Virus record (IMG/VR): IMGVR_UViG_3300027833_003138
Location: 1 to 64,000 of that record
DNA: 64,000 nucleotides
From: a virus
Strand: one strand, 5' to 3'
The first letter of the stretch is position 1, and every line of letters begins with the position of its first letter. The notes beneath the pieces were generated by a model, which was not told the origin of the DNA, did not search any database, and saw only the letters and a list, made by a program, of their open reading frames with translations. The position numbers were made by a program, and so were the translations under genes. This document shows, in pieces, positions 52,050 to 61,030 of this stretch.

Positions 52050-52688
52050 TTAAAATTTATAACCAAATCTATCTATATCTTCAGCGTAAACCTCGGTTAC
52101 TATTTTTTTAGTTTCTTTACTGTAATACTCTGAGTAATGCTTTCGTTTAATTTGTTTTTCGTGGAGCAGTTGAGCTTTAGGAAAAGCAATAAGGCTACAT
52201 AACGCATTGTAGTCTTTTTGGAAATTTTCTAGCCTACCAATAAAATTAACACCCTGCGGCACATAATCACTCTGAGGTTGCCAGTGATGATCTGAGTGTT
52301 GATTGATGGAAATGTCAAGAAATTCCTCGAATGTCGTGTTTTTGCCTACATTGATGTTATGGTCTTTCAAGAGTCCAGTCGCATAACTATTTGTCGTAAA
52401 ATATTTCCATGCCGATAATATTCGATCATATGGATTGCGCACGAATGTAAAAGAAATATATCGCTTATCTGTATGTATTGGAGCTTGAACTGAATTTAAG
52501 CAAGGAGAGCAAGGGCCTAAAGGCCAAGATTTTGGAAACAGCATTCTCCGCAAAGTTGAAGAACCAACTTTTGGGACATCGTAGTAAATGTAGTTTTTTA
52601 CATTATCAATATAGCGAAATGTATATTTTCTTCTATCTCCTGCGGCCGAAGGGCATAGGCAACCTTTTGATTCGCATCTTATTTTCAT
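52050..52688 (-). CDS. Sulfotransferase family 2 protein
   Basis: VPKVGSST, RNPYDRILSA, HWQPQ, GRLENF, DIDRFGY. Confidence 0.9.
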   Translation of the reverse strand: MKIRCESKGCLCPSAAGDRRKYTFRYIDNVKNYIYYDVPKVGSSTLRRMLFPKSWPLGPCSPCLNSVQAPIHTDKRYISFTFVRNPYDRILSAWKYFTTNSYATGLLKDHNINVGKNTTFEEFLDISINQHSDHHWQPQSDYVPQGVNFIGRLENFQKDYNALCSLIAFPKAQLLHEKQIKRKHYSEYYSKETKKIVTEVYAEDIDRFGYKF

Positions 52689-52720
52689 GTCCAGTATATA
52701 CACCCGCTGATTAATTATAA

Positions 52721-53500
52721 TTATATAATTATTCGGTGCAATTTTTCACCCACGAAGTAATCAGGAACTTCAATATTGAATTTCTCACAACTAGTTTTGC
52801 AATTTTGAGTTGCTAGCCCTTTGTATGTGCTCTCTCCGTAAGTACAAATATTATGGTCTAAGGTAAGACATGTCCCAGTTAAAGGTTTAACGTGTTTGTC
52901 CATAGAGAGGGCTTTATATTGATGCGGCTCTTCTAGGTGCCCCCAGAACTCTCTTAGCGCTCCAACCCTAAAAAATTGATGAAGCCAATTGTTGGTGTAG
53001 GCATTATGCTCTATAAACCTAAGATTATCAAACGAAACACTTACCCCTTTGTTGTTGTTTTTCAGGCAAAGCGCGGAGTTCCTTATCGACCTAACGAAAT
53101 GGAAGCATACATTTACAATTTGAGGGTCATCAATTGAGTCAATAAAGGCCACGACCTGGTTCGCTTTTGCTTCGTCAATTTTTATTGGATACTTGTCATC
53201 AATGCACCAATATACCCACTCATTATCTTCAAGATCTTTCGTTAAACTATCAAATGTTTCTTTAAATTTAATATCTGTCTGCACGAGATCAACTTTTGTT
53301 TTGAATTTATCGCGAATCTTTTCTGGCTTTTTTTTATTCCAAGGTATTCTAAAAGTAAATGAATTGGAGGGCCAAAGCTGTTCATACTTAAGCAACATGT
53401 GCTCCGCCATTGCATGATATCTGTCGCAGCTTTGAACTATAGCTTTCATTGTAAATCTCGGTGTAGTGTTTGTTTCCAGTTTAAGTTCGAATCCGCCCAA
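52721..53500 (-). CDS. Putative glycosyltransferase-like protein
   Basis: QSCDRY, WCIDD; true start likely MKAIVQ. Confidence 0.45.
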   Translation of the reverse strand: MGGFELKLETNTTPRFTMKAIVQSCDRYHAMAEHMLLKYEQLWPSNSFTFRIPWNKKKPEKIRDKFKTKVDLVQTDIKFKETFDSLTKDLEDNEWVYWCIDDKYPIKIDEAKANQVVAFIDSIDDPQIVNVCFHFVRSIRNSALCLKNNNKGVSVSFDNLRFIEHNAYTNNWLHQFFRVGALREFWGHLEEPHQYKALSMDKHVKPLTGTCLTLDHNICTYGESTYKGLATQNCKTSCEKFNIEVPDYFVGEKLHRIII

Positions 53501-54141
53501 TTAATTCTCTTTTGGCTCAATTTGTCTTTATATTCTAATAGATATACTTCGGCTCTCTCGTTTTCATATTTATGTTTTTTTGCGGATTCATGATGTTCGG
53601 GGTGAACAAGTATATTTACTTTGTATTGTATTTTAGGATTTAAAAACCTTAGTAAGTCATGAAACTCTTTTATGTCTTCTAGAGATGGAATGTAATGAGG
53701 GATAAACTGTTCGTTAGCGCAATAAAAAAAGTTTATGAAGTTAGCTTTACCCAACTCATTCTTAAAGCGATCCAGACGACGATTCATCATATCTGTAAAA
53801 GTGATTATTGATGTATTATATTTACCTTTATCAATATAATGCGGAGATATTAATGGAAAATTTTTACACTCAATTAACTCTTTAGATGTTATCCAGTTTT
53901 CATTTAATGGAACATTCTCACCATTGCAGCGATACCTCCAATGGTTTTGGCTATTGTAATTTAAGCAATAGTTTACAAAGTCATCTTGTTTGAATTTTTT
54001 AATCTTCATTATCTCGATAACAGTCTTAAAATTGGTGACCATGTTATCAAATATATGAGTCTCTAACTTGCGCCTAAGGAGTTTACTAATGTGAAGTGAC
54101 ATTTGGCACCCTTGCCCGAGGCTGATGTAGCTTTTGTTCAT
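53446..54141 (-). CDS. DUF1796/papain-like putative peptidase
   Basis: YISLGQGC, FD, H, RRLDRF pattern. Confidence 0.55.
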   Translation of the reverse strand: MNKSYISLGQGCQMSLHISKLLRRKLETHIFDNMVTNFKTVIEIMKIKKFKQDDFVNYCLNYNSQNHWRYRCNGENVPLNENWITSKELIECKNFPLISPHYIDKGKYNTSIITFTDMMNRRLDRFKNELGKANFINFFYCANEQFIPHYIPSLEDIKEFHDLLRFLNPKIQYKVNILVHPEHHESAKKHKYENERAEVYLLEYKDKLSQKRINWADSNLNWKQTLHRDLQ

Positions 54142-54143
54142 TT

Positions 54144-54749
54144 TTATTCTCCAAATTTGTATCCGAAATACTCAATGTCTCGTGCATATTTTTCCGCGAC
54201 AATTTCGCGAGTTTCATCATCGTAGTATTCGGTATAACGATTTCTGTTTCTTTTGTTAATATGTGGCAGTTTTAGGTCGGGTATATTTAAATAATTACAC
54301 ACGTACGAAAAATCATTTTCAAAATTTTCAAATCTGCCAAGAAAATCAACAGCCACATTACCTTCATTATCTCGTAAAAAATCATATTGAGGGACGGAGT
54401 GAGAGGGGTCAAGGTTTGTTGGAGATAAAAGAAACTTTTTTAAGCTTTGTTTTTTTGGGCCGCCGAAATAAAAGTAATCCGATATAGCTCTGTCCCACGG
54501 GTTTCTAATAAAAGAGAAAGAAAAATAATCATTCTTTAATTTTGGGTGAATTTCATAAACTTCACTGATTGTAAGATGTTGAAGATATTTTCCTGTATGC
54601 TCATCCCTACCAAGTAATAATTGCTTGTCGCAAAAATCATTTGGGAATTTTTTTTTGTCCCATAAATTATAACCAAATGAAGTTTCAATACTAGAACCTC
54701 CACACTTGGGCATGTGAATGAAGATAAACTTGTGCTTGTGGTTTATCAT
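54144..54749 (-). CDS. Sulfotransferase family 2 protein
   Basis: HMPKCGGSS, RNPWDRAIS, GRFENF, KYARDIEYFGY; start reassigned. Confidence 0.9.
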   Translation of the reverse strand: MINHKHKFIFIHMPKCGGSSIETSFGYNLWDKKKFPNDFCDKQLLLGRDEHTGKYLQHLTISEVYEIHPKLKNDYFSFSFIRNPWDRAISDYFYFGGPKKQSLKKFLLSPTNLDPSHSVPQYDFLRDNEGNVAVDFLGRFENFENDFSYVCNYLNIPDLKLPHINKRNRNRYTEYYDDETREIVAEKYARDIEYFGYKFGE

Positions 54750-55390
54750 ATCCAACTGCCTCCCCAATGGTGTACAGCGTGCGCTTCTGGACAAGTTTTA
54801 GAAAAATCTTCTGATTTGCGATGAACTTCGTACCACAAGTAAGGATAAACAGTTTTTTTCGGAGAGTCTCTTCCGTCCGGCCTCCCCTTTTTTGAGCCCA
54901 GTATTTCAGTGATATATACAGGACCATATTTACAATCCGAAATTTTGTTTCCGTGAGATTTTTCTCGAGACGGCAGACTGTCTATGAGGCGCTTGAGGTC
55001 TAAATTTTTCTTGGTGGCCCCAAAAAATGCTCCGCATATTTTTTGCGGTTGCTGCCAATATAATACAATTTTCTCATCTTTCAATAAAGCGTCTATAGGC
55101 TTTAAGCATTCAAAGTCAGTATCGACATATAATCCTCCATACTGATATAGAATTTCAAATCTTAAAATATCTGACTTTTCCGAATAATTTTTGCAGTTTT
55201 TGAGTATTTTAGGATAGGTTATACTTAAATCTTGTTCGATTTTTAAGTCATCCCACATTATGTGTTCCCATTCGGGGTTTAATTTTTTCCAACTATCTTG
55301 CCACTCTTTTTCTTGGTTGGATAGCTCACTGCCACCTATATGAATTTGGTGTATGATTTTTGGAATGCTATCTTTTTGATCTAGCTTCAT
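54746..55390 (-). CDS. GT32 (OCH1-like) glycosyltransferase
   Basis: IPKIIHQI, SDILRFEILYQYGGLYVDTD, HHWGGSW. Confidence 0.9.
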   Translation of the reverse strand: MKLDQKDSIPKIIHQIHIGGSELSNQEKEWQDSWKKLNPEWEHIMWDDLKIEQDLSITYPKILKNCKNYSEKSDILRFEILYQYGGLYVDTDFECLKPIDALLKDEKIVLYWQQPQKICGAFFGATKKNLDLKRLIDSLPSREKSHGNKISDCKYGPVYITEILGSKKGRPDGRDSPKKTVYPYLWYEVHRKSEDFSKTCPEAHAVHHWGGSWI

Positions 55391-56036
55391 GTATTTGACG
55401 CATGGTATTTGAATTTACATAATGAGTTGTAATTTTGTCATGATTCATGATAGCGTTCATGCATACCGATTGATCTGATCTCGCGCTATCTGGGCTTGGT
55501 GTTGATAATAAATCCGTAACAGTTAAGTCGATTTTTTGATCGCGTAAGGCAAGCCCTATGGAGTAATCCTCCGCAGATTTGTTTTTGAATTCATTTTTGT
55601 AAAAATGTTTTAATGATTGCAGGCATTTCTCAACAGCTTTTCGCGTTAGAATGTATCCCGCACCCCCCTGAGCATATGGAAATGGGTTAACTATTTTGCC
55701 ACCTATATACCAATCAGCGCTTGCGTCGTAGTCTTTTAGAAATTGCATAAGTTTATCAAAATTTATATAAGTGTCATCGTCACACTTGAATAAAAAGTCC
55801 CACTCGTGTTTCAATGACTCCACAAGCATTTTGTAAGTTTTTTCAGGCAAACGAAATCGCGCTTCTCCTTCGTCAGGCGAACAATTCCACGTTTTATCCA
55901 TTTTTTGAGATTGCTGTTGATCTCCGTAAAAAAAATACTCATGTGGAGCTTTTATATTATTTACCCATGTATCTAAGCAAGCATTAGCTTGTTCTTGTGT
56001 GCCACTGTGAGTTAAAATTGTTGTTAATATTTTCAT
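55368..56036 (-). CDS. GT31 (fringe/galactosyltransferase-like) glycosyltransferase
   Basis: FKCDDDTY, YAQGGAGY, AEDYSIG. Confidence 0.85.
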   Translation of the reverse strand: MKILTTILTHSGTQEQANACLDTWVNNIKAPHEYFFYGDQQQSQKMDKTWNCSPDEGEARFRLPEKTYKMLVESLKHEWDFLFKCDDDTYINFDKLMQFLKDYDASADWYIGGKIVNPFPYAQGGAGYILTRKAVEKCLQSLKHFYKNEFKNKSAEDYSIGLALRDQKIDLTVTDLLSTPSPDSARSDQSVCMNAIMNHDKITTHYVNSNTMRQIHEARSKR

Positions 56037-56767
56037 TTTCTGTTTAAAATTTCTTTTACCACTTCGATCCTTACTTGATCGAGCGATGCGGATTCATATT
56101 TTTGTGGGTATTTTTTCATTATTCGATCAATATTGTGGTGAGAAACATGATATGCTCTGATGGGGTCGCGAATATCTGGAAAGTAGGGAGAGACATCTTC
56201 CTTTCTTTTTCGAGTCAAAGTTAATGAGTGTTGTTTTGCAAGCGACCGAAAGTTAGTATTGCTTTCTGTGAAATTATAAATAAAAAATTCTTGATCATGG
56301 TAGTGGTTTGCTTGTTTTTTAATTTCATCAAGCCTTAATAGGGTAATGTCGTAAAACAATTCGCATAATTTTTTAAATTCAGATGGCGTTCCAGAGGCCA
56401 TGCAAGGGCACGCGTCATCGAAAAAATGAATTCCTCCTACGAGGGGGTCGTTGATGGTCCATCTACCACTATTAATTACGTCGTAATCAGAGACAAGAAA
56501 TCTTTCGCTTTTATTATCTAAGGCAGAATATGCAAGCCATCTTACAAAACAACTCAATCCATATGGGGTTAAATCGTTCCCAGTAATTTCTTTAAAAATA
56601 AACCTCATTTTGCCAACAAATAAATCGTATTCTGGAGATTTTTTTGCATCGTTAATGTTAAGGGTAATAGGTTCAAAGCCCATTTCCTGCCAACTCAGGG
56701 CCCAAAGTTCGAGTAGCTCTTTTTGTTGTGGAAAATTAATTTCTTCGTAATATGTATAAATCTTCAT
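56033..56767 (-). CDS. Putative glycosyltransferase (DxD)
   Basis: CFVRWLAY, SDYDV; start reassigned to MKIYTYY. Confidence 0.5.
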   Translation of the reverse strand: MKIYTYYEEINFPQQKELLELWALSWQEMGFEPITLNINDAKKSPEYDLFVGKMRFIFKEITGNDLTPYGLSCFVRWLAYSALDNKSERFLVSDYDVINSGRWTINDPLVGGIHFFDDACPCMASGTPSEFKKLCELFYDITLLRLDEIKKQANHYHDQEFFIYNFTESNTNFRSLAKQHSLTLTRKRKEDVSPYFPDIRDPIRAYHVSHHNIDRIMKKYPQKYESASLDQVRIEVVKEILNRK

Positions 56768-58668
56768 TGTGTAAGGCGGTTGTATAGTTTTTTGTCCCAT
56801 CGAGTTCTATCGAGAAATTTTTGTTGCAGCCTGGGGGGGAGCTGATTAAATTGAAGCGTGTTAATTTTACTTGATTTATTTCTATTTAAATAACTTTTCG
56901 GAGCTTTTGAAAAAGATAAATTATATGATTTAGAGAAAATCTCTTCTATAAGGTAATCAACTTGAGTAATATCTTTTATGTAGAATTCTTTCAGTTTTTC
57001 GATAGCGATATTGTAATGACCTTCATCTATTGGATCGCTCCACTTTAGGCATAAAACTTGCCTAATCAACCAACTGTCCTCCAGTTCTTCGCTTTCTATG
57101 TATTGCTCGAATGTGGGTGAAGCGATTTCATCTCGAACGGGTTCGTGGTCGCTATCACTGGATGTTAAATAATAAAATAGGGAGTTCGCCCTAGAAAAAG
57201 GTTCGCGTAAAGTCAAAAAATTAATTGGTTTACGGTTGTACCTCTCACAAATTTCATTAATAAATTCTAGGTTATCTTCCCAACCGATAAGTTCACTTTT
57301 AACAAAAGAACTGCCACTGTTTTGAGGCTCTATGAGTACAGCAAAAATAAAAGTTTTATTATTTTGAATGAAGGAGAGGAATTCTTCTGGAGAAAATTCT
57401 GATGACTTTTTAATTTTAAGGGGAATTGTTTCCTCGTGTAATACTTGATAGTCTTTATAAGTTTTTGCTTGTGGAAATTTTTTATGTAATGCTGTTACTG
57501 CATTTTCTCTAAGTTTTTGAGCATACTCTAGGTTTGTCCAATTTGAATTGTTTGGATATGCGCCACCAATATCAAGTTTGTGATAAGGAGTTGATGCAAT
57601 CTTTGCATGATAATGCAATGCGAAATAATCATGTAATCCCGGACCTCCAAGGAAAACAGTACATTTATTGCCGCTGGGAAAATTAATTGAAGCTTGAATT
57701 TTACCACACTCTTCTTGTGGGCTTTTTGATTTTAAATGTTGATCCAGTAAAAAACTTGTTGCACTTAATACATATGTTCCAGCATTTTTAGCTATATGGT
57801 AATATACTGGAAGCAGTGTTTGTGCTTCATTTAAGCTTCGTTTTTTGTGAAGAATAATTGTTTCTGGGTATTGCTCTATTACACTATCAATTGGAGTGCC
57901 TGCATCTATGGGCAATGAAAAATTAGCGATTATAGAAGAATCTATTAGGTTCTTATGCAAGCTTGACTGGCTGTGGCAATTCTTTCTTCCAAATGAGCCG
58001 CAATAAAGGAAGTGCATTGCTACATCAAAACTAATGAAGTTATTAATATTGTTTTTTATATTGTATTCTATTAATTTTTTAGACTCTTCAATAAATAGCT
58101 TTAGAAATGGAATGTTTCTGTAAATTGCGATGCCGTTTAAGTGCCCTGTCCATGACTCATAAAGGGGAAGTTTTTCTTTACCTTTGTATGTACTTCCAGC
58201 AATTAAAAATACATTGTTGTCGCAATAATTTACTATTTTGTCTAGCCAGTAATTTTTGATTGGTTGAGAGTCTGTTTCTAGCATTAAGATATCTCTATAG
58301 TTTAATTTTAAAATATTCTCAAAAGATCGATAAAATAAATTGTTTGGCCCTGTTGACCCGCCAAGTTTAAACCTCTCGGAGGATTCAACTTTAGAGAAAT
58401 CTTCAGGTGTTCGTACGTAAAAATCTTCAGATTCTGTCAAGTTTAGCACGAAAACGAAAACATTATTTACATTTTCTAATTTTTTGTATTCTAAGAGTGG
58501 TTTGTATTTATTTATATATCCCTTGTTGAGGTAAATATATATATCAAATTTTTTATCAACAGAAACTTGTTTAAGGAAGTATCTCGAAATACAATCGTCT
58601 AATACTCCAGAGTTATACTCTTTTTCCGTGGATAGAAACAATATACATAACTTGTTTGAAAATTTCAT
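56764..58668 (-). CDS. Two-domain protein: GT-like N-terminus plus sulfotransferase C-terminus
   Basis: N: GPNNLF, LETD, HLNGIAIY; C: HIAKNAGT, LREPFSRANS, DKKLY. Confidence 0.65.
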   Translation of the reverse strand: MKFSNKLCILFLSTEKEYNSGVLDDCISRYFLKQVSVDKKFDIYIYLNKGYINKYKPLLEYKKLENVNNVFVFVLNLTESEDFYVRTPEDFSKVESSERFKLGGSTGPNNLFYRSFENILKLNYRDILMLETDSQPIKNYWLDKIVNYCDNNVFLIAGSTYKGKEKLPLYESWTGHLNGIAIYRNIPFLKLFIEESKKLIEYNIKNNINNFISFDVAMHFLYCGSFGRKNCHSQSSLHKNLIDSSIIANFSLPIDAGTPIDSVIEQYPETIILHKKRSLNEAQTLLPVYYHIAKNAGTYVLSATSFLLDQHLKSKSPQEECGKIQASINFPSGNKCTVFLGGPGLHDYFALHYHAKIASTPYHKLDIGGAYPNNSNWTNLEYAQKLRENAVTALHKKFPQAKTYKDYQVLHEETIPLKIKKSSEFSPEEFLSFIQNNKTFIFAVLIEPQNSGSSFVKSELIGWEDNLEFINEICERYNRKPINFLTLREPFSRANSLFYYLTSSDSDHEPVRDEIASPTFEQYIESEELEDSWLIRQVLCLKWSDPIDEGHYNIAIEKLKEFYIKDITQVDYLIEEIFSKSYNLSFSKAPKSYLNRNKSSKINTLQFNQLPPRLQQKFLDRTRWDKKLYNRLTQ

Positions 58669-58669
58669 A

Positions 58670-59383
58670 TTATGATAAATATTTATATAATTTCGATTGT
58701 TCTTCTCTCTTTATTAAAGAAATACACTTATCGACTTTCTTGGGTAATTGTTTTCTGAAATTTTTAAATTGAATTTCTGCTTTTTCTTGATCGTAGTTTG
58801 TGCCTCTTGGGTGAATGATTTTATGGTTTTTATCTCTCAGGACTAATTTTTTATTTAAAAAACTAATTGAAGCTAAAGCTAAATCAATACCCCATCCGTA
58901 ATCTTCATTACGAAGATTAATATTGTAATCTTTAAATTGGTTTATAATATCTTTATGTATGAACCAAACCGTTTCGTCTGTACATCCAACTATGTCTAAG
59001 TTTTGATGCCGTAATAAATTGCGCTTATCTTCTATCCTGAAACTTTCTGTTGTATACCAAGTATAGTCTATATTCGGAGAGTAAATTCCGCAATCATAGT
59101 GCTTGAAATAATAAATTGCATCGCTAACTAATTCTTCCCAGCGATCATAGGATACATCTCCTTGTATGTGGAATAAAATATCTCCAGAAAAGTTTTTAAG
59201 GGCAGTATTGAATTGCCCGGAAAAGTAAAATTCATCGCCAATATTAATCCAGTTTTCTGGGCAATAATGATCGTCGCTATTTATGACTTTAACTTTATCA
59301 AAAATAGAATTTAATTGAAAGAATATTTTTTTAGAGTTTTCTGATTTTCCTTTCCAGTTAAATATGAATGGCTCAATTACCAT
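58670..59383 (-). CDS. Putative glycosyltransferase
   Basis: IQGDV, TDETVW, GWGID, HPRGTNY. Confidence 0.5.
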   Translation of the reverse strand: MVIEPFIFNWKGKSENSKKIFFQLNSIFDKVKVINSDDHYCPENWINIGDEFYFSGQFNTALKNFSGDILFHIQGDVSYDRWEELVSDAIYYFKHYDCGIYSPNIDYTWYTTESFRIEDKRNLLRHQNLDIVGCTDETVWFIHKDIINQFKDYNINLRNEDYGWGIDLALASISFLNKKLVLRDKNHKIIHPRGTNYDQEKAEIQFKNFRKQLPKKVDKCISLIKREEQSKLYKYLS

Positions 59384-59407
59384 TTCTCTTGGCGGCTTCT
59401 TCCTGCT

Positions 59408-59479
59408 TTATCGATCTTCATAACTATACCCAAATGCGTTGATGTCTACTGCGTATTTTTCTTCTATTTTCTCAACTAT
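59408..59479 (-). pseudogene. Relic C-terminus of another sulfotransferase
   Basis: Off-frame IVEKIEEKYAVDINAFGYSYEDR* matches the family tail KY..DI..FGY. Confidence 0.7.
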
Positions 59480-60101
59480 CATAGCTATAACCTAGGTAAT
59501 CTATGTCTTTTTTATAAGATTTAGACACAATATCTATTGATTGATTATTGTATACTGTTCTGTAATCAGTTTTATTAGAGATATTTAAATGAGGTAATTC
59601 GATTTTCTGGATACCTATCCTACTGCATATATTGTCAAAGCTATCTTGCAACGTTTCCATTTTGCCTACAAAGTTAATATTGTCAGTGATCCACCTGGTC
59701 TGAAGCTCTGCAAAATTTGGATTGATGCTTGCAAATTCATTAAAATCTTCAAAGTTCCCAACTAAATCCTTATATGCTTCGTAAGCAGTGATCCATTTTT
59801 GTTTTTTTTCTGGATTTTCATCCCAGAATTTAATCATTTTTTTATAATATTTAAATATGCTTAAATGTCTATCCCACGGATTCCTTGAAAAGGAAAAAGA
59901 AAAATAATCATCCAAATTTTGACTACAATTATTCTTTATATCTTCTAATGTGATATGTTTAAGTATTGGGTTTTCCCTGCCTTCAGCTTTATCTGAAAGA
60001 TTAACCTTTTCATGAAGCGGTTGAAGTTTTGATTCTATTGAAGTCGTGCCCGTTTTCGGCGTGGCAATAAAAATAAATTTATGTTTGTGGGATATAATCA
60101 T
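59472..60101 (-). CDS. Sulfotransferase family 2 protein
   Basis: ATPKTGTTS, RNPWDRHLS, GKMETL, DIDYLGY. Confidence 0.9.
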   Translation of the reverse strand: MIISHKHKFIFIATPKTGTTSIESKLQPLHEKVNLSDKAEGRENPILKHITLEDIKNNCSQNLDDYFSFSFSRNPWDRHLSIFKYYKKMIKFWDENPEKKQKWITAYEAYKDLVGNFEDFNEFASINPNFAELQTRWITDNINFVGKMETLQDSFDNICSRIGIQKIELPHLNISNKTDYRTVYNNQSIDIVSKSYKKDIDYLGYSYDS

Positions 60102-60268
60102 ATTAAATTTCTCCCTCTAATAGCAAAATAGAATTTAATTGAAAGAATATTTTTTTAGAGTTTTCTGATTTTCCTTTCCAGTTAAATATGAATGGCTCAA
60201 TCATCATTTCTCTTGGCGGCTTCTTCCTGCTTTTGGGGGCAATGAAATATAATATATATTATCAATTT

Positions 60269-61030
60269 TCATAATTTATAATGATTGTAATGAAAGCCTT
60301 TGCTGGTTGTTACGCTAAATAGGCATTCGTCAAATCCATCGTGATGGTTCCAGTTTTTAAATGGCCACAAACCTTCTTTTTCGTTTTCGCGAACTAAATC
60401 TTTTATTGCTTGTAGTCTCGTAACGTTTTTGCCCCACTTTGTTTCTAGGGGTTGGTTTGAATCTGGCATACTTAAAACTTTCTCTCTACATCTTCGGGGT
60501 TGAGCTTTTTGGGGAATTTTTAAACTGTCAAATTCGATGTCGCATGCTAAATCTTGCAAAGATTTACTTTTGGGCAAAACAAAATACTCGTCTACATCTA
60601 TAAATGCAAAGAAATCGCTTTGCGATTTAGTCAAAAAATCTCTCAAGGCGGAGTATTGTGAGTCTGGATACTTGTCTTTATGATCTTTTGCGTATTCCCA
60701 AGGAATTATATTTACATTGTTATATTTATCTTGCACCCTGCTGATTGCCTTTATAATCTGAGACTCAGAAAAATCTTCGAAATGGTCTATTTTCGGTTTT
60801 AAGTCCCAAATTTTGGAGATTTCTCCTTGGCATTTTTCGTTTTTAAAAGTTTTTTGCGCCCACCACGAAGTTTGATTACTTGCAGATTTTTCATTGCTTA
60901 TCAAATTAAAACCGTTGTTATATATGTAGATTTTATTTATGCCTATTGATAAATTGTGTTCTATCCATTCTTCAAGATGCCAAAACTCTAGTCTTGGGGC
61001 GATTAAGGTTATGATATCAATTGTATTCAT
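60269..61030 (-). CDS. GT2_4/GT92-like glycosyltransferase
   Basis: LEEWIEHNLSIG..KIYIYNN, FIDVDEY. Confidence 0.75.
   Translation of the reverse strand: MNTIDIITLIAPRLEFWHLEEWIEHNLSIGINKIYIYNNGFNLISNEKSASNQTSWWAQKTFKNEKCQGEISKIWDLKPKIDHFEDFSESQIIKAISRVQDKYNNVNIIPWEYAKDHKDKYPDSQYSALRDFLTKSQSDFFAFIDVDEYFVLPKSKSLQDLACDIEFDSLKIPQKAQPRRCREKVLSMPDSNQPLETKWGKNVTRLQAIKDLVRENEKEGLWPFKNWNHHDGFDECLFSVTTSKGFHYNHYKL

Larger units (their letters stand above)
59301..60233. repeat. 109-bp near-exact direct repeats (59301-59409, 60125-60233) flanking a sulfotransferase gene
   Basis: aaaatagaatttaattgaaag...ggcggcttcttcctgcttt twice; includes the start of gene 58670..59383. Confidence 0.92.
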
